DNA of 64,000 bases from NCBI GenBank assembly GCA_951406725.2, contig OX597833.1, forward strand, positions 72,168,001 to 72,232,000. Direction: 5' to 3'. Both the position numbers and the translations under genes were made by a program. The first letter of the stretch is position 1. Each line of letters starts with the position of its first letter. Below the pieces are notes generated by a model. The model did not search any database. It was given only the letters and a program-made list of their open reading frames with translations, and was not told the DNA's origin. Below, piece by piece: positions 55,614 through 64,000 of the stretch. The stretch is from Octopus vulgaris (Eukaryota).

Positions 55614-56540
55614 TCATCATCATCGTCATTTAACATCCGCTTTCCATGCTAGCATGGGTTGGACAGTTTGACTGGGGGCTGGCGAACCAGATGGCTGCAC
55701 CAGGCTCCAGTCTTGATCTAGCAGAGTTTCTACTGCTGGATGCCCTTCCTAATGCCAACCACTCCGAGAGTGTAGTAGGTGCTTTTACATGCCACCGGCA
55801 TGGGGGCCAGTCAGGTGGTACTGGCAATGACCTCGCTTAAATTTTTTTACACATGCCAACAGCACAGGTGCCAGTAATGCGATGCTGGTAATGATCCCGC
55901 TCGAATGGTGCCTCCTACATGCCACTGGCACGGAAGCCTGTTAGCCGCTCTGGCAACGATCACACTCGGATGGTGCTCTTAGCACCCTACTAGCACGGGG
56001 CACAAGTGCCAGTAAGGTGAGGATGGCAACGATCACACTTGAATGGTGCCTTTTATGTGCCACTGGCATGGAAGCCGGCTAGCCGCTCTGTCAACGATCA
56101 TGCTCGTATGGTGCTCATGCCTGTCATCGAATTTCATTTTGATTTCGATTTCACTTGCCTGAACAGGTCTTCGCAAGCAGAGTTTAGTGTTCAATGAAGG
56201 AAAAGGTACACACAAGTGGGCTGGTTACACCCCTGGCATAGGCCATGAGGTTATGGACACATTTGGCTTGCCGGGTCTTCTCAAGCACAGCATATTTCCA
56301 AAGGACTCAGTCACTAGTCATTTCCTTGGTGAGGCCTAAAGTTTGAAGGCCGTGCTTCACCACTTCATCCCAGGTCTTCCTGGGTCTACCTCTTCCACAG
56401 GTTCCCTCAACCGCTAGGGTGTGGCACTTTTTCACACAGCTATCCTCATCCATTCTCGCTACATGACCATACCAGCGCAGTTGTCTCTCTTGCACACCAC
56501 ATCTGATGCTTGTTAGGTCCAACATTTCTATTTCAATCTG
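55614..56540 (-). mobile_element. RTE LINE 3' end with minisatellite-like UTR and (GAT)n tail
   Basis: RQLRWYGHVARMDEDSCVKKC...GRGRPRKTW (56307-56558 -). Confidence 0.9.
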
Positions 56541-57352
56541 ACAGTTGAGAACTAACAACTACATGTATCTTTATGTGTGTGTGTGTGTGTGAGTGTTTGC
56601 ATTACTCACACATGTTTGCAGTCATGTCTGCTTGTCAAGAGCAGGGTTCATTAGCCACCAATGGAGCTGCAAATGCAAGATATAAGTTTGTCCTAGAGCA
56701 CACAATGTTCCTGAAGGTCAGCAGTGGTCTTTCTCGGTTACAAGTGAATGGCTATCATCATCATATATATGTATGTATGTCACAAAACCTCCCCAAAACT
56801 AGACACCAATACCTAAGTGTTATCTAAGCTTAGTAAGATGATGTCTGAAGAAAGACCAACCAACATCAGTCAAAGTAACTTCCATGAACTCCAGTAGAAT
56901 GAAGGACAACTCAGAATAACAAGACTAAAACATTAAATTTCACAAACAAGCATAACAAATGTGTATTCCTGTCATCAGCTGCCAAATGGATATCACTCTG
57001 CTTTTGACACCTGGGTGGCACCTTTCAATCCAGTGGTGTCATTTACTTTGAAAACATAAACACTGCTTGGGAATCAACTGTAACAAGCAAGTGTGAAACA
57101 TTAGCATAAAACATGACAGCATTTTGTTCCTTTACTCATTGGTTTGCAGCAATCTTAAAAGATTACCAATTCATTCCTATTGACTCCAAGGACTTCGTTC
57201 AGTATTCATTTTTAACAATTTTTATTTAATAATGACTAGATTCACTGACTCAGTTATTTCCATTCAAAGACATAACTCACATCCCTTTACATTTTTCATA
57301 TTTTTTGAAGGACAAGCTGCAATTTATTTATTTATTTATTTTTCTCCTTCAG

Positions 57353-57544
57353 AATTCCTCACTGACATGGAGTTCAAACAACGGTTCTTGGCCCCAGTTT
57401 ACCGACTGCTTTCAAAAAACAGTTCTTGTATGGATACCTTGTGGTTGGTTGTTTCTCACACTGCCTTATTACTCATATCACCTCATCACAACTCGTGGAA
57501 AATCGAAATCTAGGCATATCACATTTTTCAGCATTTTAAAAACT
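57353..57544 (+). CDS. ABCC1: Gene B exon 2 (TMD0)
   Basis: cttcag|NSSLTWSSNNGSWPQFTDCFQKTVLVWIPCGWLF...ILKT|gtaagt. Confidence 0.95.
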
Positions 57545-58462
57545 GTAAGTAAAAAGCTGTTTTTTTTTTCCATTTCCATGCTGATGTTGTTGTTGTTGTT
57601 GTTGTTGTTGTTCATGGTGGTAGTGGTGGTGGTGGTGGTGGTGGTGGTGGTGGTAGTTGTGGTAACAGCCTCAATTGGAGGAATGGTATAGTTGAGACTA
57701 GTTATTGTTGTTGAAGGTGCTCGTGGTAGAGTGGGGTATGTGAAAATAGTTGCTTTGGTCGAGAGTGGGGTGAAGGTAACTGTTGTGATTGTGTGGGGTT
57801 GAAGCTGGTTGTTTGGTTGAATCATGGAGGCACTGGCAGTGGAGTGATAATAACTGAAGCTGTTCCCTTTTTTTTTTTTCCCTGTCCTTTTTCTGTTTTG
57901 CAAGTTACCTAGCAACCTCACAGTAGATAAAAAAAAAAGGCACCCAGAACACACTGTAATATGGTTAATACTAGGAAGAGTACCCTGCCATAAAAATCAT
58001 GGCAAAGCTGACATTGAAACTCAGCATAGCCCTGCAACTTTCTGGATCTTGTAAAACCATCCAATCCAACCAATGCTTGCAAGGAAAACAGGCGTTAACT
58101 GATGATGATGTAACACATATACACACATGTGCATCGTCATATATATAGTATTGACTTGTCTGAGTCCTGGTAACATCACAAAGATACTCCAATGTAGCAA
58201 GCCACTTGATTTGCTGAAAGAAACTGTTGAACTTTGCTTGCATTAAGTACTTCAAATCCAGATCATTCTTACTAAATCGATATATGTGTGTGGGTGTGAT
58301 TATGCATCAAGATAAAGAATCATTGGGGTTTGTTTATTTTCGCTTATCTATCACAACATGCCTATCCCTCATTTTGCCTGCTAATCGGCATAGTTCCTTC
58401 TCTTTCAACCAATATTTTAATTCTCTCTCTCACTCACTCACTCCCTCTCTCCCTCTTCTCTG

Positions 58463-58494
<32 letters not shown>

Positions 58495-58699
58495 TCTTTC
58501 ATGATATTCTTTTGTAACAAATATACAATATATATACTAATTCATATTTATAATGTATAATTTGTAGATTTTAATTCTTAATATTACAAAGTATAATTTT
58601 TATTCTTAATTTTTAATTCGTAAATTTTAATTTTTAATGCTTAATTGGATTGCTTATTTTTAAAGGGATGTAAAATTAGATATACAATATTTTGAAATA

Positions 58700-58833
58700 G
58701 AACCTGAAGATGTGTTGGAATAATTGTAAATCTGACAATTGCATATATGTATTTATATATGTGTATATATGGGTATATAGTCGTGTATATGTAGGTATAT
58801 TGTAATCTTCCAATACTGAAACACGTGTAGTTC
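58700..58833 (+). ncRNA. Candidate type I hammerhead ribozyme with enlarged stem II, sense in gene B intron 2
   Basis: GAAC-CUGAAGA-u-GUGUUGGAA...(87 nt)...UUCCAAUAC-u-GAAA-CACGUG-UA-GUUC. Confidence 0.72.
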
Positions 58834-58835
58834 CT

Positions 58836-59222
58836 TCATCATCATCATCATTTAGCGTCCGTTTTCCATGCTAGCATGGGTTGGACGGTTTAACTGGGGT
58901 CTGTGAAGCCGGAAGGCTTCATCAGGCCCAGTCAGGTTTGGCAGTGTTTCTACGGCTGGATGCCCTTCCTAATGCCAACCACTCCGCGAGTGTAGTGGGT
59001 GTTTTTACGTGCCACCTGCACAGGTGCCAGACAGAGCTGGCACAACGGCCACGAACGGATGGTGCTTACGTGTCACCGGCACGGGGCCAGCCGAGGCTGG
59101 CAACGTACACGAGCGGATGGTGCTTTTACGTGCCACCGACACGGGGCCAGACAGAGCTGGCAAACGGCCACGAACAGATGGTGCTTTTACGTGTCACCGG
59201 CACGGAGGCCAGCCGAGGCAGG
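58836..59222 (-). mobile_element. RTE-derived 3' end/SINE with about 60-bp tandem units
   Basis: (CAT)n-TTTAGCGTCCGTTTTCCATGCTAGCATGGG, followed by repeated GGTGCTTTTACGTG.CACC units. Confidence 0.85.
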
Positions 59223-60353
59223 CATTTAGTAAATATAGGTATTAACTAAAGTATGATATAATTAATGAAGTACATTATATACCCAGCTGGAAATTTTGGT
59301 TATATGCTTTAAGTATTATTTCATGATGTGCAAACTGATGCCAAGAGTTTACTGTAAGATGTACTCATTGGGTTATTTTTGTATTATCTGCAATAGAAAA
59401 CCCGCATATCAATTAATCTCCAGAAATTGAATATTGACTTTTATCAGATATTTTGTATATTTATAGATAAATATATAAATATACAATAAATAAGACCCCC
59501 AAGGTACGATATGTAGATGCATATGATGCTGAAGGGTTACACCTGATTGATTTGGAAAATTGTTTTCCCAAATTATTTATATCAATTTGTATTTTATAGT
59601 TAGATCTTAATTTCTAAATTCACAAAATCAAGGTTTGTCAAAAACAATGTAAAACTTTCTAACACTTTTTATTGTCCCAATTAGCAGACTCAGGATGTCT
59701 ATGATATTTAATTACAGCATTCTATGTTCTGAGTACAAATCTTGCTAAGGTCTGTATTGCTTTCCACCCTACTCAAATCGATCAAATATAATACCACCTA
59801 AGTACTAGTTCAAATCATATTCTATAATATATTGATTCTGAATAAAGACTAAATTTACTGCCTTGGTGTATAAATTTCTGTGGTAGGGCATAAATATGTC
59901 TCACTTAAAATTTAAGTATTCATTCTGAAATTCTTTCATGCTAAACCTTAGCAATAAAAGAGTTCTCCCCTTTTTTCTGTACTTCTTTGCTAGCTATGAA
60001 TTTCTTTTGTATATGAATAAGGATGTGAATCAATCAAGGACAACCTGCAAAAGTATATGAATGGCATGCCTAAAAAAATTAGTTGAATTTTACTAATAGT
60101 GTGGCCCACCTGATGATGATCCATCTTTCATGTTGCCCTCTTCTCAAAAAAGGTTGCTCGTGCCTGGTGTAAATAGCAAGATACATGAAGCTGAGGAGGA
60201 ATTGAAAATCACTTCTATAAAATATCCTAATTGTGATTGGGTTTCAAATAAAATACTAAGATCATGTTTTCCAAATGCTAAAATATTTTCTTGGTCAAAT
60301 ATCATATTTCAATCTCTTTAACTTATTTTTGTAGTTCTACCTTTATTTTACAG

Positions 60354-60473
60354 CTTTTAAGCTTCTTCCTAGCTGTATTTGTCCTTTGTGATTTAATAAT
60401 GAGTATTTACTATGAAAATGCTCACCTTACAGCAGTGGACTATATTGCAAGTATATTCCAGATTATAGCTTAT
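60354..60473 (+). CDS. ABCC1: Gene B exon 3 (TMD0)
   Basis: ttacag|LLSFFLAVFVLCDLIMSIYYENAHLTAVDYIASIFQIIAY|gtaagt. Confidence 0.88.
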
Positions 60474-60589
60474 GTAAGTATTGTAATGGGTTTGTTAATC
60501 GTCTTTTTATTTTGTATGTTCTTATTTCATTTACAAATAATTTGCAAGTAAAGCAACAACAAAATGTTAAATTCTTTTAAAACCTCCAT

Positions 60590-61190
60590 CATAATTTTCT
60601 GTAAGATTGGGAGACTGGGAGAAATAGGTTGGCAGAAAGTAATACCAAGTTGTGGGAAGAGAGACTAGGCATCAATGTGTACTTAACTAAGGGAGAAACA
60701 GAAAGTATGAACTTGACACAGATTTTGCTATATGGGAACCAGAAACACAAGGTATTTGGAATTGCAAGACAGTTACATGAAAAAAGCTGAGATGTTTTCA
60801 TGGACAAGTCTATTTGGAATGATGGTGATGCACTTTCCTTTAATAATACTGAAAAGAAAAGCATGGAAATACCAGTATGAGTGATTGAGGAAAGAGAGCT
60901 TAGCCCAAGGGACCAGCTGATCAAGTTAACAATTCTATGGTAGATAGAGCAATTAAGGATATGAAGGCAGGGAAAGGAACCAGTTCGTTGGAGCTAGTTA
61001 CTGAGGTACCTTAAAACATCTGGTGAAGTAGGGTATGGGCTTGTCACCCGAATAGTTAATCAGACTGTAGAAGAAGGTATCATATTTTACTTGTATGACA
61101 GTCATAGTAAACACAAGGACAAAGGAGATGTTCTAAAGAGAGGAAACGACAGAAACATGAAACTGTTGGACCAGGCTGTCTGTGAATGAA
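60590..61190 (+). mobile_element. Degraded RTE LINE internal fragment
   Basis: Purine-rich ORF2-like remnant (VFGIARQ..., MKAGK, DKGDVL...RNMKLL) with stops. Confidence 0.6.
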
Positions 61191-62321
61191 AGAGTAATAT
61201 TGGGCTTGCGCATATTTTACCACCACTCCTTTCTTACCTCTCCCCCATCAAGATATCTGCGTTTCAGGAGTACCCCTTATTATCACTCTTTTTTGAGACC
61301 TTTTGCCTCAAAATCGATTCTCATTCAAGCCATAGTGGCATAGAAGAATAGGTGTTAAAGGAATGATCAAACCACACACACACACATACACACTAACACA
61401 CGTGATGGACACAGTGTGGATGACCGGATGGTTCAGTGGTTCACTTCACAGTCATGATGCTCCAGGTTCAATCTCACAGCATGGCATTTTAGGCAAGTGT
61501 CTTTTACAATAACTTTGAGTCAACCAAGCTGTATGCCCACAAATATGGCCTTACATGAAAGACTTCAGGAGTTTCCTGGGTTAATTCACTTGTGGATGTT
61601 AATTATATTTGATAATATTTTTGCCAGAGTTTGCCAGCTCTGTCTGGCCCCCGTGTTGGTGGCACGTAAAAGCACCATCCGTTCGTGTCCGTTGCCAGCC
61701 TTGCCTGGCCCCGTGCCGGTGACACGTAATTATATTTGATAATATAATGGAAGGGAGATAATGGAGAATTGCATGTTTTTGCATAAATGAAAAATGCATT
61801 CTCAGGAAAATGGAAAATGGGAAGGTCCAAAATATAATATCAAAGGTTTATAGAGTCCAGGGCATAACTAGAGTGTGTGATGCCAGAGACAGCGTTTGGG
61901 TTGATTCCATCCCACCCCACTGGGTCGTCTATAGGCTATGCTATTTCATACAGCAGAAATTCAAGTGCTGCCCTCATAAGACCATCATCCAGGGTGGGCT
62001 GCTAATCTATCAGCTTTGCTACTGAAGGAGACAGCTCTAAACGAGTGTCCTTAGATGTATGTTGTAAAGGAAATAAGAAAGACAATTATTTTAATGTATG
62101 CGATAAAATTACATATAATTTATATGATCTCTGAGTGAATAAGAAAATTTATAATTCGTAACTCCTGAAAGGAAGTTCCTTTCAGAACTTATCAGTTATT
62201 GATTTTCTCATTCATTTACTATCTTCATCCCCCCCCCCCATCTCTCTTATTCAGTCATATCTCTCTAATTCAATCATGTCAGCAACTAAACTTTATGCTT
62301 TTTTTGCTTCTTTATTTGTAG

Positions 62322-62450
62322 TTATCTGCAATGATTCTCATGCAACTTGAACGCCTGGCTGGTACTGTAACATCAGGAGTTCTGTTCATTTACTGGTTAC
62401 TTTCTTTGTTGACCAGTACCATTCTATGTTACAACAAAGTCATATTAAAG
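62322..62450 (+). CDS. ABCC1: Gene B exon 4 (TMD0)
   Basis: ttgtag|LSAMILMQLERLAGTVTSGVLFIYWLLSLL...VILK|gtaagg. Confidence 0.94.
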
Positions 62451-62759
62451 GTAAGGTTCACCAAAAATGCTCTTGCCCCAGAAGAAGGCAGGGTTATACA
62501 GACTTGTTTTATCTCAGATAAAGTTGGTCTTTAAAATAATTGACAATGTCACTATCCTTATTATCATCAGAAGCATCATTAAAATTGTCGTCATCATCAT
62601 CATCCTCGTCATTAACATAATAATCAGTATCATCACTGTTATCATCATCAACATTATCATCATCATTACAATCATCTCCATTTTATTATCATCATCATCA
62701 TTATGAACATCACAATTGTTCTTATTATATTGTTACTACATAGGAAGCAGACAAATCAA

Positions 62760-63956
62760 AAATCCCTTCAGGTAGATGGCCCTGCTCAGTAGAAAAGGTG
62801 TAGGTAGAAACTCCATAAGATGTACCTGGTGTAAGCTATGGACACATAAGAAGTGCAGTAATATCAAAGGAAGGTTAACTGGGAAGATAATCTTTGTGTG
62901 TGGCAGATTTACAGGGGCAATAAACACTGAAGATGTACGTAAAACAGATTCCATCACATGCCAGGGGGAGAAACTAGAAGTAGTTGATAGCTTCTGTTAG
63001 GTGACCAAGTCAGTAGCAGAGGTGGATGCTCTGAGAGCATAGCTGCTAGAATAAGAATAGCCTGGGCAAAGTTTAGAGAGTTCCTCCCTTGCTAGTAACA
63101 AAGGGTTTCTTGCTCAGAGTGAAAGGTAGACTGTATGATGCTTGTGTGTGAACAGCCATGCTACATGGTAGTGAAACAGGCTGTAACTGCTAAGGACCTA
63201 CATAGGCTTGAAAGAAAGGAAGCTAGTATGCTCCACTTGATGTGTAATGTCAGTGTGCACACACAACAGAGTGTAAGCAGCCAGAGAGAAAAGTTGAAGC
63301 ATCAGCTGTGGTGTGCAAGAGAGACAACTGTGCTGGTATGGTCATGTGTTGCATATGGAATAGGACAGCTGTGTGAAGAAGTATCACACCCTGACAGTGG
63401 AGGGAACCTGTGGAAGAGGTAGACCCAGGAAGGCATGGGATGAGGTGGTGAAGCATGATCTTCGAACATTGGGCCTCATGGAAGCAATGACAAGCAACTG
63501 AGACCTTTGGAGAAATGCTGTGCTTTAGAAGACCTGTCAAGCCAAGTGAGATCATAGCTGTGGCCAATGCCAGTGTTGCATAACTGGCCTGTTTAAAAGT
63601 ACCCTTCAATCATCAGGCAATACACTGTGCTTGAGAAAATCTGTTGAGTCGAGTAAAATCATAGTCATGGCCAGTGCCAGTGCTGTCTGACAGGCACCAT
63701 TGCTAGTAGCACATAAAAAGCATCGTCCGAGTGTGGTCAATGCCAGTACCGTCTGACTGGCTCCTGTGCTGGTGGCACATAAAAAGCAACCACTACACTC
63801 TCAAAGTGGTTGATGTCAGGAAGGGCCTCTTGTAGAAACCTTGCCAGATCAGATTGGAGCATGGCGCAGCCTCCTGGCTTGCCAGTCCTCAGTCAAACCG
63901 TCCAACCTATGCCAGCATGGAAAGCAGATGTTAAATGAGGATGATGACGATGATGA
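62760..63956 (+). mobile_element. RTE LINE 3' portion with (GAT)n tail
   Basis: GVGRNSIRCTWCKLWTHKKCS, LEVVDSFC, GRGRPRK-type segment; same family as 55614-56540 in opposite orientation. Confidence 0.9.
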
Positions 63957-64000
63957 TCTCTGTCATCATCATTGTTGTAACCACACCCATCAACATGTGC

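Noticed and set aside
55780-56120. CRISPR-like repeated units (also 58990-59220)
   Set aside because: Whole units are degenerate tandem copies without unique spacers; they are the RTE 3' UTR minisatellite; eukaryotic context with no cas genes
62022-62050. Hammerhead-like CTGAAGGAG-ACAG-CTC-TAAAC-GAGT-GTC
   Set aside because: Core broken (no CUGANGA register, TAAA instead of GAAA) and no stem I

Overview
AT-rich, microsatellite- and repeat-dense eukaryotic DNA. The TTAGGG motifs and the SINE/RTE families ending in (GAT)n suggest a cephalopod such as Octopus, but this is inference. The window holds two tandem + strand ABCC1/MRP1-type long-form ABC transporter genes. Gene A contributes its last 25 coding exons (1506-45330). 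I spliced them by hand at GT-AG sites into one uninterrupted frame of 3999 nt (1332 aa + stop), with both NBDs intact. Gene B contributes its first four coding exons (51235-62450; MAGDNFQAFCESPLW plus TMD0). Introns contain Tc1/mariner, hAT, Helitron, RTE, R4/Dong and Penelope-like remnants. The most unusual structure is a nested palindromic hAT-bounded composite element present twice (5164-8164 with an 8-bp TSD; 45903-50173 truncated). The two copies carry different cargo at the same internal slot, and their cores are in opposite orientation. The second copy has captured 1.4 kb of gene B intron 1, so gene B's start exon now sits inside both a near-perfect 1.2-kb inverted repeat and a 225-bp direct repeat. 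Two candidate minimal type I hammerhead ribozymes are also present, one sense to gene B intron 2. Most short ORFs in the supplied track are microsatellite or antisense noise.
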